Shown here piece by piece: positions 37,840-52,422 of a stretch of DNA of 64,000 nt; the stretch's first letter is position 1; each line of letters starts with the position of its first letter. A program made the position numbers and the translations under genes. The notes beneath the pieces were generated by a model. The model was not told the origin of the DNA. It saw nothing but the letters and a program-made list of their open reading frames with translations, and ran no database searches. Source of the DNA: Eledone cirrhosa (Eukaryota). The stretch covers positions 127,596,001 to 127,660,000 of the forward strand of contig OZ024741.1 of NCBI GenBank assembly GCA_964016885.1, in the 5' to 3' direction.

Positions 37840-40195
37840 AATGCTGTTTCTACCACAAAATACACTTAGCCCACTCTATAATGTGGCAGTGCTGGTTCTA
37901 CCACAAAATACACCCAGCCCACTCTATAATGTGGTAGTGCTGGTTCTACTACAAAATACACTCAGCCCACTCTATAATGTGGTAGTGCTGGTTCTACTAC
38001 AAAATACACCTAGCACACTCTATAATGTGGTAGTGCCGATTCTACTACAAAATACACTCAGCCGACTCTATAATGTGGTAGTGCTGGTTCTACCACGAAA
38101 TACACCCAGCCCACTCTAGAATGTGGTAGTGCTGGTTCTACCACAAAATACATTCAGCCCACTCTATAATATAGTGCTGGTTCTACTACAAAATACACTC
38201 AGCCCACTCTATAATGTGGTAATGCTGGTTCTACCACAAAATACACCCAGACCACTATACTGTGGTAATGCTGGTTCTACCACAAAATACACTCAGCCCA
38301 CTCTATAATGTGGTAGTGCTGTTTCTACCACAAAATACACTTAGCCCACTCTATAATGTGGTAGTGCTGGTTCTACCACAAAATACACCCAGCCCACTCT
38401 ATAATGTGGTAGTGCTGGTTCTACTACAAAATACACTCAGCCCACTCTATAACGTGGTAATGCTGTTTCTACCACAAAATACACTTAGCCCACTCTATAA
38501 TGTGGTAGTGCTGGTTCTACCACAAAATACACCCAGCCCACTCTATAATGTGGTAGTGCTGGTTCTACTACAAAATACACTCAGCCCACTCTATAATGTG
38601 GTAGTGCTGGTTCTACTACAAAATACACCTAGCACACTCTATAATGTGGTAGTGCCGATTCTACTACAAAATACACTCAGCCCACTCTATAATGTGGTAG
38701 TGCTGGTTCTACCACAAAATACACCCAGCCCACTCTAGAATGTGGTAGTGCTGGTTCTACCACAAAATACATTCAGCCCACTCTATAATATAGTGCTGGT
38801 TCTACCACAAAATACACTCAGCCCACTCTATAATGTGGTAGTGCCGGTTCTACAACAAAATACACCCAACCCACTCTATAATGTGGTAGTGCTGGTTCTA
38901 CTACAAAATACACCCAGCCCACTCTATAATGTGGTAGTGCTGGTTCTACTACAAAATACACCCAGCCCACTCTGTAATGTGGTAATGCTGGTTCTACCAC
39001 AAAATACACTCAGCCCACTCTATAACGTGGTAGTGCTGATTCTACCACAAAATACACCTAGCCCACTCTATAATGTGGTAGTGCCGGTTCTACTGCAAAA
39101 TACACCCAGCCCACTCTATAATGTGGTAGTGCTAGTTCTACTACAAAATACACCTAGCCCACTCTATAATGTGGTAGTGCCGATTCTACTACAAAATACA
39201 CTCAGCCCACTCTATAATGTAGTAGTACTGGTTCTACCACAAAATACACCCAACCCACTCTATAATGTGGTAGTGTTGGTTCTACGACAAAATACACTCA
39301 GCCCACTCTATAATGTGGTAGTGCCGGTTCTACTACAAAATACACTCAGCCCACTCTATAACGTGGTAGTGCTGATTCTACCACGAAATACACCTAGCCC
39401 ACTCTATAATGTGGTAGTGCTAGTTCTACTACAAAATACACCTAGCCCACTCTGTAATGTGGTAGTGCCGATTCTACTACAAAATACACTCAGCCCACTC
39501 TATAATGTGGTCGTTTTGGTTCTGCTACAAAATACACTCAGCCCACTCTATAATGTGGTAATGCTGGTTCTACTACAAAATACACCCAGCCCACTCTGTA
39601 ATGTGGTAATGCTGGATCAACTACATAATACACCCAGCCCACTCTATAATGTGGTAGTGCCGATTCTACTACAAAATACACTCAGCCCACTCTAGAATGT
39701 GGTAGTGCTGGTTCTACCACAAAATACATTCAGCCCACTCTATAATATAGTGCTGGTTCTACCACAAAATACACTCAGCCCACTCTATAATGTGGTAGTG
39801 CCGGTTCTACAACAAAATACACCCAACCCACTCTATAATGTGGTAGTGCTGGTTCTACTACAAAATACACCCAGCCCACTCTATAATGTGGTAGTGCTGG
39901 TTCTACTACAAAATACACCCAGCCCACTCTGTAATGTGGTAATGCTGGTTCTACCACAAAATACACTCAGCCCACTCTATAATGTGGTAGAGCTGGTTCT
40001 ACTACAAAATACACCTAGCCCACTCTATAATGTGGTAGTGCTGGTTCTACTACAAAATACACTCAGCCCACTCTATAATGTGGTAGTGCTGGTTCTACTA
40101 CAAAATACACCCAGCCCACTCTATAATGTGGTAATGCTGGTTCTACTACAAAATACACCTAGCCCACTGTATAATGTGGTAGTGCTGGTTCTACC

Positions 40196-43100
40196 ACAAA
40201 ATACACCCAGCCCACTCTATAATGTGGTAATGCTGGTTCACTACAAAATACACCTAGCCCACTCTATAATGTGGTCGTGCTGGTTCTACTATAAAATACA
40301 CCCAGCCCACTCTATAATGTGGTCGTGCTGGTTCTACTACAAAATACACCTAGCCCACTCTATAATGTGGTAGTGCTGGTTCTACTACAAAATACATTCA
40401 GCCCACTCTATAATGTGGTAATGCTGGTTCTACTACAAAATACACTCAGCCCCCTCTATAATGTGGTAGTGCTGGTTCTACTACAAAATACACTCAGCCC
40501 ACTCTATAATGTGGTCGTGCTGGTTCTACTACAAAATACACCCAGCCCACTCTATAATGTGGTAGTGCTGGTTCTACTACAAAATACACTCAGCCCACTC
40601 TATAATGTGGTAATGCTGGTTCTACCACAAAATACACCCAGACCACTATAATGCGGTAATGCTGGTTCTACCACAAAATACACTCAGCCCACTCTATAAT
40701 GTGGTAGTGCTGTTTCTACCACAAAATACACTTAGCCCACTCTATAATGTGGTAGTGCTGGTTCTACCACAAAATACACCCAGCCCACTCTATAATGTGG
40801 TAGTGCTGGTTCTACTACAAAATACACTCAGCCCACTCTATAACGTGGTAATGCTGTTTCTACCACAAAATACACTTAGCCCACTCTATAATATAGTGCT
40901 GGTTCTACCACAAAATACACTCAGCCCACTCTACAATGTGGTAGTGCCGGTTCTACAACAAAATACACCCAACCCACTCTATAATGTGGTAGTGCTGGTT
41001 CTACTACAAAATACACCCAGCCCACTCTATAATGTGGTAGTGCTGGTTCTACTACAAAATACACCCAGCCCACTCTGTAATGTGGTAATGCTGGTTCACT
41101 ACAAAATACACCTAGCCCACTCTATAATGTGGTCGTGCTGGTTCTACTACAAAATACACCCAGCCCACTCTATAATGTGGTAGTGCTGGTTCTACTACAA
41201 AATACACCCAGCCCACTCTGTAATGTGGTAATGCTGGTTCACTACAAAATACACCCAGCCCACTCTATAATGTGGTCGTGCTGGTTCACTACAAAATACA
41301 CCTAGCCCACTCTATAATGTGGTCGTGCTGGTTCTACTACAAAATACACCCAGCCCACTCTCTAATGTGGTCGTGCTGGTTCTACTACAAAATACACCTA
41401 GCCCACTCTATAATGTGGTAGTGCTGGTTCTACTACAAAATACATTCAGCCCACTCTGTAATGTGGTAATGCTGGTTCTACTACAAAATACACTCAGCCC
41501 ACTCTATAATGTGTTAGTGCTGGTTCTACTACAAAATACACTCAGCCCACTCTACAATGTGGTAATGCTGGTTCTACTACAAAATACACTCAGCCCACTC
41601 TATAATGTGGTAATGCTGGTTCTACTACAAAATACACCCAGCCCACTCTATAATGTGGTAGTGCTGGTTCTACTACAAAATACACTCAGCCCACTCTATA
41701 ATGTGGTAATGCTGGTTCTACCACAAAATACACCCAGACCACTATAATGCGGTAATGCTGGTTCTACCACAAAATACACTCAGCCCACTCTATAATGTGG
41801 TAGTGCTGTTTCTACCACAAAATACACTTAGCCCACTCTATAATGTGGTAGTGCTGGTTCTACCACAAAATACACCCAGCCCACTCTATAATGTGGTAGT
41901 GCTGGTTCTACTACAAAATACACTCAGCCCACTCTATAACGTGGTAATGCTGTTTCTACCACAAAATACACATAGCCCACTCTATAATGTGGTAGTGCTG
42001 GTTCTACCACAAAATACACCCAGCCCACTCTATAATGTGGTAGTGCTGGTTCTACTACAAAATACACTCAGCCCACTCTATAATGTGGTAGTGCTGGTTC
42101 TACTACAAAATACACCTAGCACACTCTATAATGTGGTAGTGCCGATTCTACTACAAAATACACTCAGCCCACTCTATAATGTGGTAGTGCTGGTTCTACC
42201 ACAAAATACACCCAGCCCACTCTAGAATGTGGTAGTGCTGGTTCTACCACAAAATACATTCAGCCCACTCTATAATATAGTGCTGGTTCTACCACAAAAT
42301 ACACTCAGCCCACTCTATAATGTGTTAGTGCCGGTTCTACAATAAAATACACCCAACCCACTCTATAATGTGGTAGTGCTGGTTCTACTACAAAATACAC
42401 CCAGCCCACTCTATAATGTGGTAGTGCTGGTTCTACTACAAAATACACCCAGCCCACTCTATAATGTGGTAATGCTGGTTCACTACAAAATACACCTAGC
42501 CCACTCTATAATGTGGTCGTGCTGGTTCTACTATAAAATACACCCAGCCCACTCTATAATGTGGTCGTGCTGGTTCTACTACAAAATACACCTAGCCCAC
42601 TCTATAATGTGGTAGTGCTGGTTCTACTACAAAATACATTCAGCCCACTCTATAATGTGGTAATGCTGGTTCTACTACAAAATACACTCAGCCCCCTCTA
42701 TAATGTGGTAGTGCTGGTTCTACTACAAAATACACTCAGCCCACTCTATAATGTGGTCGTGCTGGTTCTACTACAAAATACACCCAGCCCACTCTATAAT
42801 GTGGTAGTGCTGGTTCTACTACAAAATACACTCAGCCCACTCTATAATGTGGTAATGCTGGTTCTACCACAAAATACACCCAGACCACTATAATGCGGTA
42901 ATGCTGGTTCTACCACAAAATACACTCAGCCCACTCTATAATGTGGTAGTGCTGTTTCTACCACAAAATACACTTAGCCCACTCTATAATGTGGTAGTGC
43001 TGGTTCTACCACAAAATACACCCAGCCCACTCTATAATGTGGTAGTGCTGGTTCTACTACAAAATACACTCAGCCCACTCTATAACGTGGTAATGCTGTT

Positions 43101-46100
43101 TCTACCACAAAATACACTTAGCCCACTCTATAATATAGTGCTGGTTCTACCACAAAATACACTCAGCCCACTCTACAATGTGGTAGTGCCGGTTCTACAA
43201 CAAAATACACCCAACCCACTCTATAATGTGGTAGTGCTGGTTCTACTACAAAATACACCCAGCCCACTCTATAATGTGGTAGTGCTGGTTCTACTACAAA
43301 ATACACCCAGCCCACTCTGTAATGTGGTAATGCTGGTTCACTACAAAATACACCTAGCCCACTCTATAATGTGGTCGTGCTGGTTCTACTACAAAATACA
43401 CCCAGCCCACTCTATAATGTGGTAGTGCTGGTTCTACTACAAAATACACCCAGCCCACTCTGTAATGTGGTAATGCTGGTTCACTACAAAATACACCCAG
43501 CCCACTCTATAATGTGGTCGTGCTGGTTCACTACAAAATACACCTAGCCCACTCTATAATGTGGTCGTGCTGGTTCTACTACAAAATACACCCAGCCCAC
43601 TCTCTAATGTGGTCGTGCTGGTTCTACTACAAAATACACCTAGCCCACTCTATAATGTGGTAGTGCTGGTTCTACTACAAAATACATTCAGCCCACTCTG
43701 TAATGTGGTAATGCTGGTTCTACTACAAAATACACTCAGCCCACTCTATAATGTGTTAGTGCTGGTTCTACTACAAAATACACTCAGCCCACTCTACAAT
43801 GTGGTAATGCTGGTTCTACTACAAAATACACTCAGCCCACTCTATAATGTGGTAATGCTGGTTCTACTACAAAATACACCCAGCCCACTCTATAATGTGG
43901 TAGTGCTGGTTCTACTACAAAATACACTCAGCCCACTCTATAATGTGGTAATGCTGGTTCTACCACAAAATACACCCAGACCACTATAATGCGGTAATGC
44001 TGGTTCTACCACAAAATACACTCAGCCCACTCTATAATGTGGTAGTGCTGTTTCTACCACAAAATACACTTAGCCCACTCTATAATGTGGTAGTGCTGGT
44101 TCTACCACAAAATACACCCAGCCCACTCTATAATGTGGTAGTGCTGGTTCTACTACAAAATACACTCAGCCCACTCTATAACGTGGTAATGCTGTTTCTA
44201 CCACAAAATACACATAGCCCACTCTATAATGTGGTAGTGCTGGTTCTACCACAAAATACACCCAGCCCACTCTATAATGTGGTAGTGCTGGTTCTACTAC
44301 AAAATACACTCAGCCCACTCTATAATGTGGTAGTGCTGGTTCTACTACAAAATACACCTAGCACACTCTATAATGTGGTAGTGCCGATTCTACTACAAAA
44401 TACACTCAGCCCACTCTATAATGTGGTAGTGCTGGTTCTACCACAAAATACACCCAGCCCACTCTAGAATGTGGTAGTGCTGGTTCTACCACAAAATACA
44501 TTCAGCCCACTCTATAATATAGTGCTGGTTCTACCACAAAATACACTCAGCCCACTCTATAATGTGTTAGTGCCGGTTCTACAATAAAATACACCCAACC
44601 CACTCTATAATGTGGTAGTGCTGGTTCTACTACAAAATACACCCAGCCCACTCTATAATGTGGTAGTGCTGGTTCTACTACAAAATACACCCAGCCCACT
44701 CTATAATGTGGTAATGCTGGTTCACTACAAAATACACCTAGCCCACTCTATAATGTGGTCGTGCTGGTTCTACTATAAAATACACCCAGCCCACTCTATA
44801 ATGTGGTCGTGCTGGTTCTACTACAAAATACACCTAGCCCACTCTATAATGTGGTAGTGCTGGTTCTACTACAAAATACATTCAGCCCACTCTATAATGT
44901 GGTAATGCTGGTTCTACTACAAAATACACTCAGCCCCCTCTATAATGTGGTAGTGCTGGTTCTACTACAAAATACACTCAGCCCACTCTATAATGTGGTC
45001 GTGCTGGTTCTACTACAAAATACACCCAGCCCACTCTATAATGTGGTAGTGCTGGTTCTACTACAAAATACACTCAGCCCACTCTATAATGTGGTAATGC
45101 TGGTTCTACCACAAAATACACCCAGACCACTATAATGCGGTAATGCTGGTTCTACCACAAAATACACTCAGCCCACTCTATAATGTGGTAGTGCTGTTTC
45201 TACCACAAAATACACTTAGCCCACTCTATAATGTGGTAGTGCTGGTTCTACCACAAAATACACCCAGCCCACTCTATAATGTGGTAGTGCTGGTTCTACT
45301 ACAAAATACACTCAGCCCACTCTATAACGTGGTAATGCTGTTTCTACCACAAAATACACTTAGCCCACTCTATAATATAGTGCTGGTTCTACCACAAAAT
45401 ACACTCAGCCCACTCTACAATGTGGTAGTGCCGGTTCTACAACAAAATACACCCAACCCACTCTATAATGTGGTAGTGCTGGTTCTACTACAAAATACAC
45501 CCAGCCCACTCTATAATGTGGTAGTGCTGGTTCTACTACAAAATACACCCAGCCCACTCTGTAATGTGGTAATGCTGGTTCACTACAAAATACACCTAGC
45601 CCACTCTATAATGTGGTCGTGCTGGTTCTACTACAAAATACACCCAGCCCACTCTATAATGTGGTAGTGCTGGTTCTACTACAAAATACACCCAGCCCAC
45701 TCTGTAATGTGGTAATGCTGGTTCACTACAAAATACACCCAGCCCACTCTATAATGTGGTCGTGCTGGTTCACTACAAAATACACCTAGCCCACTCTATA
45801 ATGTGGTCGTGCTGGTTCTACTACAAAATACACCCAGCCCACTCTCTAATGTGGTCGTGCTGGTTCTACTACAAAATACACCTAGCCCACTCTATAATGT
45901 GGTAGTGCTGGTTCTACTACAAAATACATTCAGCCCACTCTGTAATGTGGTAATGCTGGTTCTACTACAAAATACACTCAGCCCACTCTATAATGTGTTA
46001 GTGCTGGTTCTACTACAAAATACACTCAGCCCACTCTACAATGTGGTAATGCTGGTTCTACTACAAAATACACTCAGCCCACTCTATAATGTGGTAATGC

Positions 46101-46944
46101 TGGTTCTACTACAAAATACACCCAGCCCACTCTATAATGTGGTAGTGCTGGTTCTACTACAAAATACACTCAGCCCACTCTATAATGTGGTAATGCTGGT
46201 TCTACCACAAAATACACCCAGACCACTATAATGCGGTAATGCTGGTTCTACCACAAAATACACTCAGCCCACTCTATAATGTGGTAGTGCTGTTTCTACC
46301 ACAAAATACACTTAGCCCACTCTATAATGTGGTAGTGCTGGTTCTACCACAAAATACACCCAGCCCACTCTATAATGTGGTAGTGCTGGTTCTACTACAA
46401 AATACACTCAGCCCACTCTATAACGTGGTAATGCTGTTTCTACCACAAAATACACATAGCCCACTCTATAATGTGGTAGTGCTGGTTCTACCACAAAATA
46501 CACCCAGCCCACTCTATAATGTGGTAGTGCTGGTTCTACTACAAAATACACTCAGCCCACTCTATAATGTGGTAGTGCTGGTTCTACTACAAAATACACC
46601 TAGCACACTCTATAATGTGGTAGTGCCGATTCTACTACAAAATACACTCAGCCCACTCTATAATGTGGTAGTGCTGGTTCTACCACAAAATACACCCAGC
46701 CCACTCTAGAATGTGGTAGTGCTGGTTCTACCACAAAATACATTCAGCCCACTCTATAATATAGTGCTGGTTCTACCACAAAATACACTCAGCCCACTCT
46801 ATAATGTGTTAGTGCCGGTTCTACAATAAAATACACCCAACCCACTCTATAATGTGGTAGTGCTGGTTCTACTACAAAATACACCCAGCCCACTCTATAA
46901 TGTGGTAGTGCTGGTTCTACTACAAAATACACCCAGCCCACTCT
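40196..46944 (+). repeat. Higher-order tandem triplication, 3 x 2242 bp (47 monomers)
   Basis: Offsets 40319/42561/44803, 40659/42901/45143, 41319/43561/45803, 41755/43997/46239. 47x48-14 = 2242 (four -1, two -2 and two -3 deletion monomers). Confidence 0.94.
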
Positions 46945-49900
46945 GTAATGTGGTAATGCTGGTTCTACCACAAAATACACTCAGCCCACTCTATAACGTG
47001 GTAGTGCTGATTCTACCACAAAATACACCTAGCCCACTCTATAATGTGGTAGTGCCGGTTCTACTGCAAAATACACCCAGCCCACTCTATAATGTGGTAG
47101 TGCTGGTTCTACTGCAAAATACACCCAGCCCACTCTATAATGTGGTAGTGCCGATTCTACTACAAAATACACTCAGCCCACTCTATAATGTGGTAGTACT
47201 GGTTCTACCACAAAATACACCCAACCCACTCTATAATGTGGTAGTGTTGGTTCTACGACAAAATACACTCAGCCCACTCTATAATGTGGTAGTGCCGGTT
47301 CTACTACAAAATACACTCAGCCCACTCTATAACGTGGTAGTGCTGATTCTACCACGAAATACACCTAGCCCACTCTATAATGTGGTAGTGCCGGTTCTAC
47401 TGCAAAATACACCCAGCCCACTCTATAATGTGGTAGCGCTAGTTCTACTACAAAATACACCTAGCCCACTCTATAATGTGGTAGTGCCGATTCTACTACA
47501 AAATACACTCAGCCCACTCTATAATGTGGTAGTTTTGGTTCTGCTACAAAATACACTCAGCCCACTCTATAATGTGGTAATGCTGGTTCTACTACAAAAT
47601 ACACCCAGCCCACTCTGTAATGTGGTAATGCTGGATCAACTACAAAATACACCCAGCCCACTCTATAATGTGGTAGTGCCGATTCTACTACAAAATACAC
47701 TCAGCCCACTCTATAATGTGGTAGTGCTGGTTCTACCACAAAATACACCCAGCCTACTCTAGAATGTGGTAGTGCTGGTTCTACCACAAAATACATTCAG
47801 CCCACTCTATAATATAGTGCTGGTTCTACCACAAAATACACTCAGCCCACTCTATAATGTGGTAGTGCCGGTTCTACAACAAAATACACCCAACCCACTC
47901 TATAATGTGGTAGTGCTGGTTCTACTACAAAATACACCCAGCCCACTCTATAATGTGGTAGTGCTGGTTCTACTACAAAATACACCCAGCCCACTCTGTA
48001 ATGTGGTAATGCTGGTTCTACCACAAAATACACTCAGCCCACTCTATAATGTGGTAGAGCTGGTTCTACTACAAAATACACCTAGCCCACTCTATAATGT
48101 GGTAGTGCTGGTTCTACTACAAAATACACTCAGCCCACTCTATAATGTGGTAGTGCTGGTTCTACTACAAAATACACCCAGCCCACTCTATAATGTGGTA
48201 GTGCTGGTTCTACTACAAAATACACTCAGCCCACTCTATAATGTGGTAATGCTGGTTCTACCACAAAATACACCCAGACCACTATAATGCGGTAATGCTG
48301 GTTCTACCACAAAATACACTCAGCCCACTCTATAATGTGGTAGTGCTGTTTCTACCACAAAATACACTTAGCCCACTCTATAATGTGGTAGTGCTGGTTC
48401 TACCACAAAATACACCCAGCCCACTCTATAATGTGGTAGTGCTCGTTCTACTACAAAATACACTCAGCCCACTCTATAACGTGGTAATGCTGTTTCTACC
48501 ACAAAATACACATAGCCCACTCTAAAATGTGGTAGTGCTGGTTCTACCACAAAATACACCCAGCCCACTCTATAATGTGGTAGTGCTGGTTCTACTACAA
48601 AATACACTCAGCCCACTCTATAATGTGGTAGTGCTGGTTCTACTACAAAATACACCTAGCACACTCTATAATGTGGTAGTGCCGATTCTACTACAAAATA
48701 CACTCAGCCCACTCTATAATGTGGTAGTGCTGGTTCTACCACAAAATACACCCAGCCCACTCTAGAATGTGGTAGTGCTGGTTCTACCACAAAATACATT
48801 CAGCCCACTCTATAATATAGTGCTGGTTCTACCACAAAATACACTCAGCCCACTCTATAATGTGTTAGTGCCGGTTCTACAATAAAATACACTCAGCCCA
48901 CTCTATAATGTGGTAGTGCCGGTTCTACAACAAAATACACCCAACCCACTCTATAATGTGGTAGTGCTGGTTCTACTACAAAATACACCCAGCCCACTCT
49001 ATAATGTGGTAGTGCTGGTTCTACTACAAAATACACCCAGCCCACTCTGTAATGTGGTAATGCTGGTTCTACCACAAAATACACTCAGCCCACTCTATAA
49101 CGTAGTAGTGCTGATTCTACCACAAAATACACCTAGCCCACTCTATAATGTGGTAGTGCCGGTTCTACTGCAAAATACACCCAGCCCATTCTATAATGTG
49201 GTAGTGCTGGTTCTACTGCAAAATACACCCAGCCCACTCTATAATGTGGTAGTGCCGATTCTACTACAAAATACACTCAGCCCACTCTATAATGTGGTAG
49301 TACTGGTTCTACCACAAAATACACCCAACCCACTCTATAATGTGGTAGTGTTGGTTCTACGACAAAATACACTCAGCCCACTCTATAATGTGGTAGTGCC
49401 GGTTCTACTACAAAATACACTCAGCCCACTCTATAACGTGGTAGTGCTGATTCTACCACGAAATACACCTAGCCCACTCTATAATGTGGTAGTGCCGGTT
49501 CTACTGCAAAATACACCCAGCCCACTCTATAATGTGGTAGTGCTAGTTCTACTACAAAATACACCTAGCCCACTCTATAATGTGGTAGTGCCGATTCTAC
49601 TACAAAATACACTCAGCCCACTCTATAATGTGGTAGTTTTGGTTCTGCTACAAAATACACTCAGCCCACTCTATAATGTGGTAATGCTGGTTCTACTACA
49701 AAATACACCCAGCCCACTCTGTAATGTGGTAATGCTGGATCAACTACAAAATACACCCAGCCCACTCTATAATGTGGTAGTGCCGATTCTACTACAAAAT
49801 ACACTCAGCCCACTCTATAATGTGGTAGTGCTGGTTCTACCACAAAATACACCCAGCCTACTCTAGAATGTGGTAGTGCTGGTTCTACCACAAAATACAT

Positions 49901-51310
49901 TCAGCCCACTCTATAATATAGTGCTGGTTCTACCACAAAATACACTCAGCCCACTCTATAATGTGGTAGTGCCGGTTCTACAACAAAATACACCCAACCC
50001 ACTCTATAATGTGGTAGTGCTGGTTCTACTACAAAATACACCCAGCCCACTCTATAATGTGGTAGTGCTGGTTCTACTACAAAATACACCCAGCCCACTC
50101 TGTAATGTGGTAATGCTGGTTCTACCACAAAATACACTCAGCCCACTCTATAATGTGGTAGAGCTGGTTCTACTACAAAATACACCTAGCCCACTCTATA
50201 ATGTGGTAGTGCTGGTTCTACTACAAAATACACTCAGCCCACTCTATAATGTGGTAGTGCTGGTTCTACTACAAAATACACCCAGCCCACTCTATAATGT
50301 GGTAGTGCTGGTTCTACTACAAAATACACTCAGCCCACTCTATAATGTGGTAATGCTGGTTCTACCACAAAATACACCCAGACCACTATAATGCGGTAAT
50401 GCTGGTTCTACCACAAAATACACTCAGCCCACTCTATAATGTGGTAGTGCTGTTTCTACCACAAAATACACTTAGCCCACTCTATAATGTGGTAGTGCTG
50501 GTTCTACCACAAAATACACCCAGCCCACTCTATAATGTGGTAGTGCTGGTTCTACTACAAAATACACTCAGCCCACTCTATAACGTGGTAATGCTGTTTC
50601 TACCACAAAATACACATAGCCCACTCTAAAATGTGGTAGTGCTGGTTCTACCACAAAATACACCCAGCCCACTCTATAATGTGGTAGTGCTGGTTCTACT
50701 ACAAAATACACTCAGCCCACTCTATAATGTGGTAGTGCTGGTTCTACTACAAAATACACCTAGCACACTCTATAATGTGGTAGTGCCGATTCTACTACAA
50801 AATACACTCAGCCCACTATATAATGTGGTAGTGCTGGTTCTACCACAAAATACACCCAGCCCACTCTAGAATGTGGTAGTGCTGGACCTACCACAAAACA
50901 CATTCAGCCCACTCTATAATATAGTGCTGGTTCTACCACAAAATACACTCAGCCCACTCTATAATGTGTTAGTGCCGGTTCTACAATAAAATACACTCAG
51001 CCCACTCTATAATGTGGTAGTGCCGGTTCTACAACAAAATACACCCAACCCACTCTATAATGTGGTAGTGCTGGTTCTACTACAAAATACACCCAGCCCA
51101 CTCTATAATGTGGTAGTGCTGGTTCTACTACAAAATACACCCAGCCCACTCTGTAATGTGGTAATGCTGGTTCTACCACAAAATACACTCAGCCCACTCT
51201 ATAACGTGGTAGTGCTGATTCTACCACAAAATACACCTAGCCCACTCTATAATGTGGTAGTGCCGGTTCTACTGCAAAATACACCCAGCCCACTCTATAA
51301 TGTGGTAGTG
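46828..51310 (+). repeat. Higher-order tandem duplication, ~2.1 x 2104 bp (44 monomers)
   Basis: Offsets 47766/49870, 48295/50399, 48529/50633, 48910/51014. 44x48-8 = 2104. Confidence 0.9.
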
Positions 51311-52422
51311 CTAGTTCTACTACAAAATACACCTAGCCCACTCTATAATGTGGTAGTGCCGATTCTACTACAAAATACACTCAGCCCACTCTATAATGTG
51401 GTAGTACTGGTTCTACCACAAAATACACCCAACCCACTCTATAATGTGGTAGTGTTGGTTCTACGACAAAATACACTCAGCCCACTCTATAATGTGGTAG
51501 TGCCGGTTCTACTACAAAATACACTCAGCCCACTCTATAACGTGGTAGTGCTGATTCTACCACGAAATACACCTAGCCCACTCTATAATGTGGTAGTGCT
51601 AGTTCTACTACAAAATACACCTAGCCCACTCTATAATGTGGTAGTGCCGATTCTACTACAAAATACACTCAGCCCACTCTATAATGTGGTCGTTTTGGTT
51701 CTGCTACAAAATACACTCAGCCCACTCTATAATGTGGTAATGCTGGTTCTACTACAAAATAAACCCAGCCCACTCTGTAATGTGGTAATGCTGGATCAAC
51801 TACAAAATACACCCAGCCCACTCTATAATGTGGTAGTGCCGATTCTACTACAAAATACACTCAGCCCACTCTATAATGTGGTAGTGCTGGTTCTACCACA
51901 AAATCCACCCAGCCTACTCTAGAATGTGGTAGTGCTGGTTCTACCACAAAATACATTCAGCCCACTCTATAATATAGTGCTGTTTCTACCACAAAATACA
52001 CTCAGCCCACTCTATAATGTGGTAGTGCCGGTTCTACAACAAAATACACCCAACCCACTCTATAATGTGGTAGTGCTGGTTCTACTACAAAATACACCCA
52101 GCCCACTCTATAATGTGGTAGTGCTGGTTCTACTACAAAATACACCCAGCCCACTCTGTAATGTGGTAATGCTGGTTCTACCACAAAATACACTCAGCCC
52201 ACTCTATAATGTGGTAGAGCTGGTTCTACTACAAAATACACCTAGCCCACTCTATAATGTGGTAGTGCTGGTTCTACTACAAAATACACTCAGCCCACTC
52301 TATAATGTGGTAGTGCTGGTTCTACTACAAAATACACCCAGCCCACTCTATAATGTGGTAATGCTGGTTCTACTACAAAATACACCTAGCCCACTGTATA
52401 ATGTGGTAGTGCTGGTTCTACC

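Noticed and set aside
34639-38119. Small ORFs overlapping the LINE (34639-35007, 34678-34905, 35049-35237, 35340-35630, 35649-35951, 35875-36108, 36412-36630, 36603-37028, 37724-38119)
   Set aside because: Antisense or alternate-frame shadows of ORF2 and the UTR, with no recognisable motifs. The last one simply reads from the LINE into the satellite.
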